A DNA stretch of 64,000 bases from Pseudomonadota bacterium. GTDB lineage: Bacteria > Pseudomonadota > Alphaproteobacteria > Rickettsiales > SXRF01. Shown piece by piece: positions 1 through 11,974 of the stretch (position 1 is its first letter; every line of letters begins with the position of its first letter). The notes below the pieces were generated by a model. The model was not told where the DNA came from and made no database searches. It saw only the letters and a list, made by a program, of their open reading frames with translations. Location: the NCBI GenBank assembly GCA_963205245.1, contig CAUJIB010000007.1, forward strand, positions 446 through 64,445, in the 5' to 3' direction. The translations under genes were made by a program, and so were the position numbers.

Positions 1-92
1 GAAATATTAATTGTACTGTAACACGTACTTATGTGCCAATCGTAGGATGCGTTCCTGCCGATGATACAATGCCACCTACACCAGCAGGGTAA
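1..92 (+). CDS. 3-prime end of an upstream ORF (partial, runs off the window start)
   Basis: Open frame from position 3 to TAA at 90-92 (...TYVPIVGCVPADDTMPPTPAG*), ending 3 nt before the next start. No function assignable. Confidence 0.3.
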   Translation, partial: NINCTVTRTYVPIVGCVPADDTMPPTPAG

Positions 93-95
93 TTT

Positions 96-1301
96 ATGAA
101 AACTATAAAAGCACTATTATCTGATAATGAAGGAAGTACCCTGATTATGGTTGGGGTATTTATGCTTACTATTTTTGCTATTATTGGGGCAGGGGTGGAC
201 TTTGGTCGGGCGCAGCTGGTTAAAATGAAGATCCAGCAAGCTACTGATATGGCAGCATTAGCCGCAGCTAATCCTCCGATTGCTAGCCCTACTATTGATG
301 ATAGGCAGGCTATTGCCAATATGTATTATAATCTTAACTTCCCAGCGGTGTATTTGGGAGTAAAGCGTCCCCCGTTGAATTTTGAGAGCAATAATGTTCT
401 TAATGTTTCAGCAAATAGTTCAGCAAATCTGGATACGAATTTTATCAGGATTTTAGGGCAGAATACGGTTAACGTATCATCTGGCAGTAAAGTTGATATA
501 GGTATTAAAAATCCTAGGTATGATGCTATGTTAGTCCTTGACGTTTCTGATTCTATGGATTGGAAATTTAATGGTGATAAATGTGATTATAAAGGAGAAT
601 CTCCTTGCAATAATAATGATGGAAACGTAGATACTGTTGGTAAGCTATTTTGCTATGACCGTGCCTCTAACTATTATTCTTGCGGTGATAGTTCACGCCT
701 CACGTCCCTGAAGGAAGCAGCGACCAGCTTGACTAGTATTTTATTATCACCTGATATACCGGATAATACTAACCGTATTGCGATAGTAACTTGGAATGAT
801 AAATTCAGGCAGCAACTTGATTTTTCTAATGATAAGGATGGTATAATTACCTTTCTGAATAATATGACCGCCCGCTATTCCACTAACAGCACTACCGGTC
901 TTAACAAGGCTTGGCAATTATCCAAGGCTGCAAATGGATTTAGAACCGATACTGTCCATGCCGTAGTATTGCTTACCGATGGCGAAAATAATGGTGGAGG
1001 CGGTAGCCATGACCAAGCGATAGATAATTCCAGTGTTGCTGTGTGCCAACAATTTAAGAATTTGAATCCACCTACAATTGTATATACTATTGCCCTTGGG
1101 GATGCTGTTAATAAAAATGCTTCTGGTGGTTTCGTAAAGCCCGAAGGGGAGTTTATTGATAAATTCCTAAGAAACTGTGCTTCAGGAACACCAGATAGTA
1201 ATGAAAATAAATATTATTTTATAGCTCCTACATCTAGCCAGTTAAATGAAATATTTAAGACTATTGCAAATAATCTACAGAAATTGCGTATTACGGATTA
1301 G
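96..1301 (+). CDS. TadG-like pilus-associated protein with von Willebrand factor A domain
   Basis: N-terminal TadE/G-like hydrophobic segment (GSTLIMVGVFMLTIFAIIGAGVDFGRA). vWA MIDAS motif DxSxS (LVLDVSDSM) and later LLTDGENN. Confidence 0.7.
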   Translation: MKTIKALLSDNEGSTLIMVGVFMLTIFAIIGAGVDFGRAQLVKMKIQQATDMAALAAANPPIASPTIDDRQAIANMYYNLNFPAVYLGVKRPPLNFESNNVLNVSANSSANLDTNFIRILGQNTVNVSSGSKVDIGIKNPRYDAMLVLDVSDSMDWKFNGDKCDYKGESPCNNNDGNVDTVGKLFCYDRASNYYSCGDSSRLTSLKEAATSLTSILLSPDIPDNTNRIAIVTWNDKFRQQLDFSNDKDGIITFLNNMTARYSTNSTTGLNKAWQLSKAANGFRTDTVHAVVLLTDGENNGGGGSHDQAIDNSSVAVCQQFKNLNPPTIVYTIALGDAVNKNASGGFVKPEGEFIDKFLRNCASGTPDSNENKYYFIAPTSSQLNEIFKTIANNLQKLRITD

Positions 1302-1430
1302 TTATTACTAGTTAACATATTGGAATATATTTATATATTATGGCAAAAATATTTGTCATATAACTGTAACTTGTACGTTTTCCTTATTTTGTTAGGATAA
1401 CAGGGGCAATTCTCATATATAGGCTATTTT

Positions 1431-1967
1431 GTGGAAAATATTCCGGAAAAATTAAAAGAAGAAAGCAAGGAAGTATCTATTCCTACAGCTATTCCTGTGC
1501 CTGTTGAAAATAAGGAAAAGGGACGTGGTGCTGGCGGTTGGATGAATATCCTAGCCTATCCTGTCTCTCTTATTTCTGGCTCTCTTGTGTGGAGAACACA
1601 GGTTTATGAAGAGTCCTACGCTAGTCACAGTCGCAAAGAAGATTTTAAAAATATAAGCGAACCATCTCTAAAAAGGCGTACTGAAATTAGAGAAAACCCA
1701 AATTTTACACCTTCTGAAAAATTGAAGGGTATTAATAATAATATGAAAGAATACAATGAGGCTAGAGACCTAAAATTTAGAGCAATGGGCTATAAAACTG
1801 TATGGGATCACTACAGTTCTATTTCTGGTAGTGCTAAAAATAATGCTTTAATTGCTGGTTTTACGGTTACCGGTATTGCCCTTGGAGTTATATTAACAAT
1901 GGCTAATAGCAAAAATTTTCTTGGCGGTAAAAGCGAGGAAAATAAAAATAGCAGTATGTCCAAGTAA
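1431..1967 (+). CDS. hypothetical membrane-anchored protein (GTG start)
   Basis: 178-aa ORF with two hydrophobic segments and no recognisable motif. Confidence 0.4.
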   Translation: MENIPEKLKEESKEVSIPTAIPVPVENKEKGRGAGGWMNILAYPVSLISGSLVWRTQVYEESYASHSRKEDFKNISEPSLKRRTEIRENPNFTPSEKLKGINNNMKEYNEARDLKFRAMGYKTVWDHYSSISGSAKNNALIAGFTVTGIALGVILTMANSKNFLGGKSEENKNSSMSK

Positions 1968-2012
1968 TTTTTCTTGGTCAGCTATCACTATTACCTCCAG
2001 CCTAATGCCTTA

Positions 2013-4919
2013 CTAACCCTTCGCCAATTTCTTCAGCAACCCATTACTTGCAGTAACTGTTAATGCTTGCTCCACTAGGGCTTTCTGTTCTTTTTCGTGT
2101 ATTTTCAGGTAACCGGCAGCAGGTGAAGCAGCTTCAGGGCGACCAATATAGCGCACGCGGATATTGCGTCCCATATTTTCCAGCATATCATCTATGCGCG
2201 GGCTTACGAATGTCCATGCTCCCATATTCTTAGGCTCTTCCTGACACCAGATAATTTCTGCATTCTTATAGCGTTTTAGCTCATTGGTCAGCTCGCGTTC
2301 AGGGAAGGGGTAATATTGCTCCATGCGGATGATGGCGATATCATCAATATTTTGCGCAGCGCGTTTTTCAAATAAATCATAATATACTTTGCCCGAGGTG
2401 ATAATCACGCGGCGGATTTTATCATCTTTTACTAATTTAGCATTATCAGGGATAATACGCTTAAAATGTGTACCTGTAGTAAATTCTGCTAAATCTGAAA
2501 CAGCGAGTTTATGGCGTAGTAATGACTTAGGAGTCATTACTATTAGTGGTTTGCGGAAATTGCGCTTAAGCTGGCGGCGCAATACGTGGAAGAAATTTGC
2601 AGGAGTGGTGCAGTTTACCACTTGCATATTATCTTCAGCACAAAGCTGCAGGTAGCGTTCTAAGCGCGCTGAGCTATGTTCTGGCCCTTGGCCTTCATAG
2701 CCATGCGGCAGCAGCATCACCAGACCGGACATACGCAGCCATTTAATTTCGCTGGAGGAAATAAACTGGTCTATAATCACTTGTGCGCCATTGGCAAAAT
2801 CACCGAATTGCGCTTCCCAAATCGTAAGAGAATTAGGCAGAGCAAGGCTATAACCGTATTCAAAACCAAGAATCGCGAATTCGGAAAGTGAGCTGTCAAT
2901 AACTTCGTAATGCGCTTGCTCCACACCAAGATTATTGAGAGGAACATAACGTTCTTCGGTTTCCTGATCCACCAGCACGCTGTGGCGATGCGAAAATGTT
3001 CCTCGTCCGCAATCCTGTCCGGAAAGCCTTACTCTTGAGCCTTCTGCAAGCAGTGAGCCATAAGCCAAAGCTTCACCCATTGCCCAGTCTAGACCTGTGC
3101 CTGTTTCCATCATAGTTTTTTTGACTTCTAACTGGCGCACGATTTTAGAATTTACTTTGATATTGGGAGGAATTTTGGCAAGAGCCAAGCCAATTTCCTT
3201 CAGTTTTTCTTCTGCTACTCCTGTATCACCTGCCGGATGTTCGCCCTTAGGGCTTTCCAGTCCTGCCCATTTACCTTCCAGCCAATTAGCTTTGTTAGGT
3301 TTGAAGGCTTTTGCCACATCATATTCTGATTCAAAAAATGCTTTATATTGAGCAAATTTTTCCTCAACATTTGCCTGAGTTAATACTCCCTCTGCCACCA
3401 GTTTATCGGAATATATTTTAGCGGGCAGAGGTTTTTGTGCAATTTTACGGTACATTATTGGTTGGGTGAATGCAGGCTCATCAGATTCATTATGCCCGTA
3501 TTTGCGGTAACAAAAAATATCCACCACCGCGTCGCGCTTAAAAGTTTGGCGGAATTCAGTGGCTAGGGCGCATACATATGAAACTGCTTCAGGGTCGTCA
3601 CCATTAACATGGAAAATAGGGGCTTGTACTGCTTTTGCCACGTCGGTAGGGTAGGGGGTGAAGCGCGAATATTTAGGGCTGGTGGTAAAGCCGATCTGGT
3701 TATTGACAATAACATGTACAGTACCGCCGGTGCGGTAGCCACGCAGCTCAGAAAGTGCAAGAACTTCAGGAACAGAACCTTGACCGGAAAATGCTGCGTC
3801 ACCATGCAGCATAATACTCATTACGCTACCTTTATCTTCAGTATCACCGAATATATCCTGTCTGGCGCGGACTTTGCCGACTACTACCGGATTTACTGCC
3901 TCTAAATGCGATGGATTAGCAAGCAGTGATAAATGCATTTTACCATACTGGGTTTCGCGGTCAGAAGAAGTTCCAAGATGGTATTTAACGTCACCTGATG
4001 AAGTAACCCAATCAGGAAAATCCATATTGCCTTGAAAAATAGAAAGTAGTTCAGAATATGGCTTTTTCATGGTTGTGGTAAGAACGTTCATTCGCCCACG
4101 ATGCGGCATACCGATTACTATTTCTTTCACCCCTACTTTGGCAGCGGTATTGATAATGGCTTCCAGACCGGAAAGCATTGCATCACCGCCTTGCGCTGAG
4201 AAACGTTTTGTTCCCGTATATTTAACCTGCACGAACTGCTCAAATGCTTCCACTTCTACAAGGGTATTCCAGATGGCTTTTTTCTCTTCTTTAGAAAAAC
4301 CGAAATTACCATGGTCTTGCTCAAAGCGTTTTTGTATCCATGCTTTCTGCACAGGATCTTGTATATGCATAAATTCCACACCGATATTACGGCAGTAAGT
4401 CTGGCGCAGGATAGAAACAATTTCGCGCAATTTGGCTTTTTTAATACCTAGTGATCCATCAAGGAAAATTTCCTTATCCATATCTGCTTCAGTAAAGCCA
4501 TATGTCGCAGGGTCTAGCTCAGGATGAGGGGCGTTTATCTCAAGTCCCAGCGGGTCAAGAGTTGCCATTAAATGGCCGCGTACACGGTAAGCCCGTACCA
4601 TCATAATAGCGCGGATAGAATCATGGGCAAATTTTTCAATAGCTGCGCTATCAGGTTTCGGATTTTTGGCTTCAGGCTTTAGGGATTTTTTATCTTTGAT
4701 GATTTCTTCTTCAACTGCTCCGATAACCTGACTTTTTACCTTTGCCCAGCTGGCATTACGCTGTTCGCTACTTGTCGCCCCATTCATGGTGTCGCGGAAA
4801 AAATCACGCCAGCTTGCATCCACAGAGTTTTGGTCCTGCAGGTAACGCTCAAAAAGCTCCTCAATAAAAACGCTGTTGCCGGCAAAAAGAGGGGTGGTTG
4901 CAGTTAAGTTAGTGGTCAT
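2013..4919 (-). CDS. sucA: 2-oxoglutarate dehydrogenase E1 component
   Basis: 968 aa with full-length similarity by eye to SucA (N-terminal NSVFIEELFERYLQD, ThDP-binding core). Lies downstream of sucCD. Confidence 0.97.
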   Translation of the reverse strand: MTTNLTATTPLFAGNSVFIEELFERYLQDQNSVDASWRDFFRDTMNGATSSEQRNASWAKVKSQVIGAVEEEIIKDKKSLKPEAKNPKPDSAAIEKFAHDSIRAIMMVRAYRVRGHLMATLDPLGLEINAPHPELDPATYGFTEADMDKEIFLDGSLGIKKAKLREIVSILRQTYCRNIGVEFMHIQDPVQKAWIQKRFEQDHGNFGFSKEEKKAIWNTLVEVEAFEQFVQVKYTGTKRFSAQGGDAMLSGLEAIINTAAKVGVKEIVIGMPHRGRMNVLTTTMKKPYSELLSIFQGNMDFPDWVTSSGDVKYHLGTSSDRETQYGKMHLSLLANPSHLEAVNPVVVGKVRARQDIFGDTEDKGSVMSIMLHGDAAFSGQGSVPEVLALSELRGYRTGGTVHVIVNNQIGFTTSPKYSRFTPYPTDVAKAVQAPIFHVNGDDPEAVSYVCALATEFRQTFKRDAVVDIFCYRKYGHNESDEPAFTQPIMYRKIAQKPLPAKIYSDKLVAEGVLTQANVEEKFAQYKAFFESEYDVAKAFKPNKANWLEGKWAGLESPKGEHPAGDTGVAEEKLKEIGLALAKIPPNIKVNSKIVRQLEVKKTMMETGTGLDWAMGEALAYGSLLAEGSRVRLSGQDCGRGTFSHRHSVLVDQETEERYVPLNNLGVEQAHYEVIDSSLSEFAILGFEYGYSLALPNSLTIWEAQFGDFANGAQVIIDQFISSSEIKWLRMSGLVMLLPHGYEGQGPEHSSARLERYLQLCAEDNMQVVNCTTPANFFHVLRRQLKRNFRKPLIVMTPKSLLRHKLAVSDLAEFTTGTHFKRIIPDNAKLVKDDKIRRVIITSGKVYYDLFEKRAAQNIDDIAIIRMEQYYPFPERELTNELKRYKNAEIIWCQEEPKNMGAWTFVSPRIDDMLENMGRNIRVRYIGRPEAASPAAGYLKIHEKEQKALVEQALTVTASNGLLKKLAKG

Positions 4920-4992
4920 TTTAAATCCTAAATTGAAAATAAATATATCTTATTTTTATCAGATTTTCTGCTTATGACAATGTTATTTATAC

Positions 4993-5505
4993 TTATCTTC
5001 TCATAGAAATGGCAGATTGCTGCTTATTTACCGCAGTTTCTAATTCTGCGCCCAGTTCTTTAATTCTTGTAAAAATTTTTTGGGCATTATCAGCAAGCTC
5101 ATGGGCATCAGTCAATTCTTTATCTGATATTTTTTTATCCTTAAATCCCTGCTCTGCTTTTTCTCTAAACAGCGCTATTCCAAAAAACTCATTCTCCCCA
5201 ATATTGTTCCCAGTGTTTGGTATATATAAGGATTTCAGGCTTTGAATATCGGATAACAACTCCAGACAATCTTTTATCTGGTTTTTTCTACCCACTCTGT
5301 CTGCAAAACTACGGATACTACTTATTTCTTTATAAAAAACATGATTATAGTCTGCGTTTTGTTCTGTTAGAGAAAAACATTTTTTTGTTTCCGCATAGTC
5401 AATCAATTTACCAATTTCAGTAGAAACAGGTAAATTACATATCTCTTGTGCTATTTCCTTAATAGAGCGCGATGCCTGTTTTCCTTTATCTGTAAATCTA
5501 GCCAT
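4993..5505 (-). CDS. hypothetical protein (orphan between sucD and sucA)
   Basis: 170-aa ORF, no motif, predicted helical. Confidence 0.45.
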   Translation of the reverse strand: MARFTDKGKQASRSIKEIAQEICNLPVSTEIGKLIDYAETKKCFSLTEQNADYNHVFYKEISSIRSFADRVGRKNQIKDCLELLSDIQSLKSLYIPNTGNNIGENEFFGIALFREKAEQGFKDKKISDKELTDAHELADNAQKIFTRIKELGAELETAVNKQQSAISMRR

Positions 5506-5535
5506 TATCTTTTGGTATTTATTTATAGATAAATA

Positions 5536-6420
5536 TTAAGCAGCTTTTTTCTTGAGTAATTCCGCCATGGTACGACCAAGATTAGCCGGTGAATCAGAAA
5601 CCACTATACCTGCTGATTTCATAGCTTCTATTTTGTCTTCTGCGCCGCCTTTGCCGCCGGATACAATCGCTCCAGCATGACCCATACGACGTCCCGGAGG
5701 GGCGGTACGGCCAGCGATAAAACCAACTACAGGTTTTTTAATCTTGCTTTGTTTCAGGAATTCGGCAGCTTGCTCTTCTGCATCTCCACCTATTTCACCG
5801 ATCATTACGATGGCTTGGGTTTCTTCATCATGCAGGAACATATCCAGCACATCCACGAAATTAGTACCATTTACCGGATCGCCACCAATACCCACGCAGG
5901 TGGATTGTCCCAAACCTTCAGCAGAAGTTTGCGCCACTGCTTCATAAGTCAGAGTACCAGAACGGGAAACGATACCAATCCGGCCTTTTTTATGGATATG
6001 CCCCGGCATAATACCGATTTTACATTCCCCCGGTGTAATAACACCTGGGCAATTAGGGCCAACCAAGCGGGTATTGCTGCCTGAAAGGGCGCGTTTTACT
6101 TTCACCATATCAAGAACAGGTATGCCTTCGGTAATACAAATAACCAGTTCCAGTTTCGCGTCAATTGCTTCTAAAATCGCATCAGCCGCAAATTTAGGTG
6201 GGACATAAATAACTGAGGCATTTGCGCCGGTTTTATGTGCGGCTTCTTCTACAGTGTTGAATACAGGCAGGTCTATATGGGTTGTTCCGCCTTTGCTAGG
6301 GGTTACACCACCTACCATTTTTGTGCCGTAAGCCACTGCTTGCTCAGAGTGATAAGTGCCTTCACGTCCTGTAAAACCTTGGCAGATTACTTTAGTATTT
6401 TTATTGATTAATATTGACAT
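5536..6420 (-). CDS. sucD: succinyl-CoA ligase subunit alpha
   Basis: SRSGTLTYE and the phosphohistidine loop MGHAGAIV. 294 aa. Confidence 0.97.
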   Translation of the reverse strand: MSILINKNTKVICQGFTGREGTYHSEQAVAYGTKMVGGVTPSKGGTTHIDLPVFNTVEEAAHKTGANASVIYVPPKFAADAILEAIDAKLELVICITEGIPVLDMVKVKRALSGSNTRLVGPNCPGVITPGECKIGIMPGHIHKKGRIGIVSRSGTLTYEAVAQTSAEGLGQSTCVGIGGDPVNGTNFVDVLDMFLHDEETQAIVMIGEIGGDAEEQAAEFLKQSKIKKPVVGFIAGRTAPPGRRMGHAGAIVSGGKGGAEDKIEAMKSAGIVVSDSPANLGRTMAELLKKKAA

Positions 6421-7592
6421 TAGGCAGCCTTTCTTTTTACAGCAGAAACAATTTTTTCAGCGGCATCGGCTAGGTTATCAGCAGGGGTAATGGCCAGACC
6501 TGAAGATGCCAGCATTTTTTTGCCCAACTCTACGTTTGTGCCTTCTAAGCGTACCACAAGAGGTACGTGTAGATTTACTTCACGGGCGGCAGAAATAATA
6601 CCTTCTGCAATAATATCGCAGCGCATAATACCACCGAAAATATTTACCAAAATACCTTTTACATTGGGATCAGAAAGAATTAATTTGAAGGCTTCGCCAA
6701 CCTTTTCTTTGTTAGCCCCACCACCGACATCCAAGAAATTTGCAGGCGCGCTGCCGTATAATTGAATAATATCCATGGTTGCCATAGCTAGGCCTGCGCC
6801 ATTTACCATGCAGCCAATGCTTCCATCCATTTTTACATAAGACAAGCCAAATTTTGCAGCTTTTAATTCCATTGGATCTTCTTCATCAGGATCACGCAGT
6901 TCGTGAATATCGTTGTGGCGGAAGAGGGCGTTTTCATCAAAATTAAATTTAGCATCAAGAGCTATCAGGTCGCCATTGCCTGTAATTACCAGCGGGTTGA
7001 TTTCTACCTGCGAAGCATCAGTATCAATAAATGCATGATAGAGGGCATTTACGAAATGTTCAAATTTTCCGAATAATTCTTTTGGTATATTGAGGGCAAA
7101 AGCCATTTTACGGGAATGGAAAGGTTGGATGCCGCTGGCAGGGTCAACCGCAAGCTTAAAGATTTTGTCAGGGTGGGAATGTGCTACTTCTTCAATATCC
7201 ATACCGCCTTCAGTAGAGGCAATAAATGTAACCCATGAAGTTGCGCGGTCTACTACTAAACTTAAATATAGCTCTTTCTTAATGTCAGAACCTTCTTCAA
7301 CATAAACGCGCTTAACTACCCGACCTTCCGGACCAGTCTGGTGAGTAACCAAAGTCATACCAAGCATTTGCTGTGAAAGAGATTCTACCTCATCTAGAGT
7401 TTTTGCAAGCTTTACACCACCGGCTTTGCCGCGCCCACCTGCGTGAATCTGCGCTTTTACTACCCAAAGTTTTCCACCTAGCCCCTGCGCTGCGGTAACT
7501 GCTTCGGCAGGAGTGTACGCTACTTGTCCATTCGGTACAGGTACGTTATATTTTGCTAAAACTTGTTTGGCTTGGTATTCATGTATATTCAT
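6420..7592 (-). CDS. sucC: succinyl-CoA ligase subunit beta
   Basis: [21 protein letters not shown]-terminus with ATP-grasp core. 1-nt overlap with sucD. Confidence 0.97.
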   Translation of the reverse strand: MNIHEYQAKQVLAKYNVPVPNGQVAYTPAEAVTAAQGLGGKLWVVKAQIHAGGRGKAGGVKLAKTLDEVESLSQQMLGMTLVTHQTGPEGRVVKRVYVEEGSDIKKELYLSLVVDRATSWVTFIASTEGGMDIEEVAHSHPDKIFKLAVDPASGIQPFHSRKMAFALNIPKELFGKFEHFVNALYHAFIDTDASQVEINPLVITGNGDLIALDAKFNFDENALFRHNDIHELRDPDEEDPMELKAAKFGLSYVKMDGSIGCMVNGAGLAMATMDIIQLYGSAPANFLDVGGGANKEKVGEAFKLILSDPNVKGILVNIFGGIMRCDIIAEGIISAAREVNLHVPLVVRLEGTNVELGKKMLASSGLAITPADNLADAAEKIVSAVKRKAA

Positions 7593-7603
7593 ATATTTTC
7601 TTT

Positions 7604-8563
<960 letters not shown>

Positions 8564-8693
8564 TTAAAGTTAGTAGATAAATCTAGATTGTATATTTATA
8601 ACTAAAAAACCTTAAATCAAGGTTAAGCGAATATAATTAAAAGTGTTTATTTAGTAAGAATTTTTGATTTTTTATACAAATAAAAAGGTATGA

Positions 8694-9392
8694 TTAATTA
8701 GGTTTTCTATCAATGCCATTAGACTTATCAGCTAATTGGGTAATGAGGTAATCCATGCCTTTATTGGTAATTACTGAGCTAAATTCAGAGCGTTGTGTGG
8801 TTATCATGCTGACGCCTTCTACCGTTATATCAAATATAACAAAACCATCTTTATGGCTATTATCTGCACGCACACGGTAATCCACTGAAATTGGTTCACT
8901 TCCTGCTTCACCGGATTTAATCTGCATATTTATGGTAAATTCTTCACCGCCATCATCGCGGGAATTGGTTATAGTAAAGCTACCACTGGTATAATCAGTA
9001 AACCTAGTCGCATAGTGACGTACTAAAAAAGTTTCATATTCTTTGAAATAACGTTTTTTTTGTTCATCTGTAGCTTGTCGGAAGAAACGTCCCAGTACAA
9101 ATTTGCCTATCCAATTTATATCCACATTATCACGGAAAAGCTGTTCAATTTTATTCCTTTTTACTTCTTTATCCAATTTCTTATTAGACAGAGTTTCAAT
9201 AGCTTTGTTACCAACGTTTTCGACGTATTTTCCCGCGTCATCAACCGGTGCAGCAAAGGCAGGAAAGGAGGATAATGATGCGCAAACAAGTGCGCAAGAA
9301 AGAGTTTTGCGAAACAAATTTCCGCAACCAAAATTATTCATTTGTTTTTTCACCTTGTTTTTTAACCGCTTCCAATGATTTTTTGCGGGCAT
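8694..9392 (-). CDS. MlaC/Ttg2D-like periplasmic phospholipid-binding protein
   Basis: Signal peptide, then a toluene-tolerance Ttg2D-like sequence. Follows the mlaA-like gene. The true start is probably the internal ATG near 9341. Confidence 0.65.
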   Translation of the reverse strand: MPAKNHWKRLKNKVKKQMNNFGCGNLFRKTLSCALVCASLSSFPAFAAPVDDAGKYVENVGNKAIETLSNKKLDKEVKRNKIEQLFRDNVDINWIGKFVLGRFFRQATDEQKKRYFKEYETFLVRHYATRFTDYTSGSFTITNSRDDGGEEFTINMQIKSGEAGSEPISVDYRVRADNSHKDGFVIFDITVEGVSMITTQRSEFSSVITNKGMDYLITQLADKSNGIDRKPN

Positions 9393-10119
9393 TAATAGCT
9401 GATTTTACTTCTGCTGCACGATGCTGCATATAACCACTGCGGATAGTGGCATAAGGATCTAGAGAGCTTTTATAAACATCATCAAGCAATTTCAATTTAC
9501 GGTAGCGGGCATCAAGAGTTTTTACTCCCACAACACTGTAGAATACGGCGTCATTAGTATAGCTTATAGGGTCAACAAGAACATCGCCGACTCTGCCTAT
9601 CCCGTCACGAACACTGGAAGGACCAATGATAGGGATAACTATATAAGGACCAGAATCAGCTCCATAAATAGCTAAAGTATCACCAAAGCCTGTTTCACGG
9701 TTTTTAAGCCCAATTTCACTGGCAACATCAAATAAACCACCAATACCGATGGTAGAATTCAACATGAAACGCCATAAGGTACAGAAGCTATTTTGAGGGT
9801 CAGTTTGTAATACAGAATTTACGAAAGTAACCGGCTCATTAATATTGCTCACAAAATTAGAAACCATAATTTTGCCGCGTTCCGGCATTATTTCTCCATA
9901 TCCACGTGCAACTGGCTCTAGAATTATACCGTCAACAGTACGGTTAAACTGGAATATAGCACGATTAAGGGGCTCAGCTGGATCTTGATCAATTTCTGCG
10001 TATTTATCGCTTTTATCGCTTCCGCTATTTGGGGTGGCGCAGGCAGAAAGCAAGCCGGCACAAAATAAAGCGGCTATAAGCATGCTGGTTTTTTTTAGCG
10101 ATTTTTCTAAAGCAATCAT
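9334..10119 (-). CDS. mlaA: MlaA/VacJ family outer-membrane lipoprotein
   Basis: Lipobox (LLSACA) and the VacJ core DPAEPLNRAIFQFNRTVDGIILEPVARGY. Confidence 0.85.
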   Translation of the reverse strand: MIALEKSLKKTSMLIAALFCAGLLSACATPNSGSDKSDKYAEIDQDPAEPLNRAIFQFNRTVDGIILEPVARGYGEIMPERGKIMVSNFVSNINEPVTFVNSVLQTDPQNSFCTLWRFMLNSTIGIGGLFDVASEIGLKNRETGFGDTLAIYGADSGPYIVIPIIGPSSVRDGIGRVGDVLVDPISYTNDAVFYSVVGVKTLDARYRKLKLLDDVYKSSLDPYATIRSGYMQHRAAEVKSAINARKKSLEAVKKQGEKTNE

Positions 10120-10185
10120 AATGTATCCCTATGTAAAAGAAGCTGATTATTAAGAATCATGTTATTCAATAAATATTAAACAAGT

Positions 10186-11220
10186 ATGAATCTTCAGCTT
10201 TTTTGCATCGCCTATTTAATCCTCTTGACTTACGCAAGCAATGGAGTTTTCTTGCTTCTTATAAATAATATAATAAATAAGCACACCTTGTTGCATAGTT
10301 GTCACATAAACAGGCTAGATTTTAGGGGATTTTTTGCTTTGAGTACAGTTAAAACATCATTGGAGCAGATTTTTACAGGGCGGATTCCTTCTGTATCTTT
10401 TGAATTTTTCCCTCCGAAAACTACAGAGATGGAGCAGAAATTATGGGAAGCTATTATTCAGCTTGAAAAATTGAATCCAAGCTTTGTTTCTGTTACGTAT
10501 GGTGCAGGCGGTAGTACCCGTGAACGTACCCACCATACGGTTAACCGTATGGTGCATGAAACAACTCTGAAGCCAGCTGCTCATCTTACTTGTGTTGCAG
10601 CAAGCAAACAGGAAGTTGATGAGGTGGCCGAAGCTTACTGGCAGGCAGGAGTTCGTCATATAGTAGCGCTTCGCGGAGATCCGCCAAGTGGTGCAGCAGG
10701 GTATATTCCACATCCGGAAGGTTATAAATATTCTTGTGAGCTAGTGGCAGGCTTAAAGCGAATTGCAGATTTTGAAATAACAGTTGCAGCATTTCCTGAA
10801 AAACATCCTGATTCATTAAGTTTTGAAGATGATATTGATTATCTTAAGAAAAAAATAGATGCCGGTGCAACCAGAGCCATTAGCCAGTATTTTTTTGATG
10901 TGGAGCATTATTTCCGTTTTATAGAAAGAGTGCGTAAGGCAGGAATTAAAATTCCTATAGTTCCAGGGATATTACCGGTTGGTAATGTCGCGCAGGTAAA
11001 AAAATTCAGTGCAATGTGTGGGGCAAGTGTACCTGTGTGGCTAGAAAAATTATTTGATGGCTTGGATAGCGATCCGACCATGCGTAATTTAGTTGCGGTA
11101 TTTGTTGCTAGCGAACAATGCCGTAAATTGATGGATTTTGGTTGTGAGCATTTGCATTTCTATACTCTTAATCGTGCGGATCTTACTGCCGCTGTCTGCC
11201 GTATTTTAGGGATTAGGTGA
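10186..11220 (+). CDS. metF: 5,10-methylenetetrahydrofolate reductase
   Basis: VSFEFFPPKT and VTYGAGGSTRERT motifs. The first about 50 codons of the tracked ORF look non-homologous, so the likely true start is TTG at 10339. Confidence 0.9.
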   Translation: MNLQLFCIAYLILLTYASNGVFLLLINNIINKHTLLHSCHINRLDFRGFFALSTVKTSLEQIFTGRIPSVSFEFFPPKTTEMEQKLWEAIIQLEKLNPSFVSVTYGAGGSTRERTHHTVNRMVHETTLKPAAHLTCVAASKQEVDEVAEAYWQAGVRHIVALRGDPPSGAAGYIPHPEGYKYSCELVAGLKRIADFEITVAAFPEKHPDSLSFEDDIDYLKKKIDAGATRAISQYFFDVEHYFRFIERVRKAGIKIPIVPGILPVGNVAQVKKFSAMCGASVPVWLEKLFDGLDSDPTMRNLVAVFVASEQCRKLMDFGCEHLHFYTLNRADLTAAVCRILGIR

Positions 11221-11221
11221 G

Positions 11222-11971
11222 TTGTCAGATTCACTTGCACCAATCATAATTCTTATCCGTCCGCAAATGGGTGAAAATATCGGGGCAGTTGCGCGGGCAA
11301 TGAGCAATTTTGGATTAGAGGAATTGCGGATAGTTGCCCCTAGGGATGGTTGGCCAAACCCTAAGGCTTGTGAGATGGCAGCAGGTGGTTTGGAGATTGT
11401 AAATTCTGCAACTGTTTATTCAGATTTTGCTGCTTCTATGGCAGACATAAATATTGCATATGCAACCACTGCACGTCCTCGTGATATGAATAAACGGGCA
11501 GTATCAGCAGAAACCGCAATGAGGGAGATCGCTATAAATCCAATCTCTAAATCTATCAAATCAGCTATAGTTTTTGGGCCTGAGCGAACTGGTATAGAAA
11601 ATGAAGAATTAACTATATGCGATAATATTATAACGATTCCTACCAGTAGCAAAAATCGTTCTCTTAATTTAGCGCAATCTGCTGTTATTATTGGTTATGA
11701 ATGGATAAAAGCAAGTGATGGGTTAGTAGGTATGGGTGATGAACCATATTATTTACCATTAAATAATCAAAATTCAGCACCCAAAGCGGATATGTTAGGG
11801 GTATTTGACCAGCTTGAAAATTACTTGGATAATGCAGAGTACTTCCGCACTCCTGATAAAAAACCGATTATGTGGCAGAATCTAAAAATTATGTTGTTGC
11901 GCGGTAATTGGAGTGAGCAGGAGGTACGTACCTTCCGCGGAATGTTACGCTCGTTATGGGAACATAGATAG
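11222..11971 (+). CDS. SpoU/TrmH-family RNA 2-prime-O-methyltransferase (TrmJ-like)
   Basis: IILIRPQMGENIGAVARAMSNFG N-terminus and C-terminal knot motif NLAQSAVIIGYEW. Confidence 0.8.
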   Translation: MSDSLAPIIILIRPQMGENIGAVARAMSNFGLEELRIVAPRDGWPNPKACEMAAGGLEIVNSATVYSDFAASMADINIAYATTARPRDMNKRAVSAETAMREIAINPISKSIKSAIVFGPERTGIENEELTICDNIITIPTSSKNRSLNLAQSAVIIGYEWIKASDGLVGMGDEPYYLPLNNQNSAPKADMLGVFDQLENYLDNAEYFRTPDKKPIMWQNLKIMLLRGNWSEQEVRTFRGMLRSLWEHR

Positions 11972-11974
11972 AAA

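Noticed and set aside
29-319. 96-aa minus-strand ORF overlapping the tadG-like gene start
   Set aside because: It is antisense to a gene with clear domain signatures, and its Ala/Ile-rich composition is typical of a shadow ORF.
2389-4398. Series of plus-strand ORFs (60-110 aa) inside sucA; similar sets lie inside sucC/D, mdh, ccoI, ccoN, murA and others
   Set aside because: All lie antisense or out of frame within long, well-supported genes, with no motifs or independent start signals. They are treated as shadow ORFs throughout the window.
10186-10338. 51-codon N-terminal extension of metF in the ORF track
   Set aside because: The hydrophobic, non-homologous sequence precedes the conserved MetF N-terminus. 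A TTG at 10339 gives a protein of normal length.
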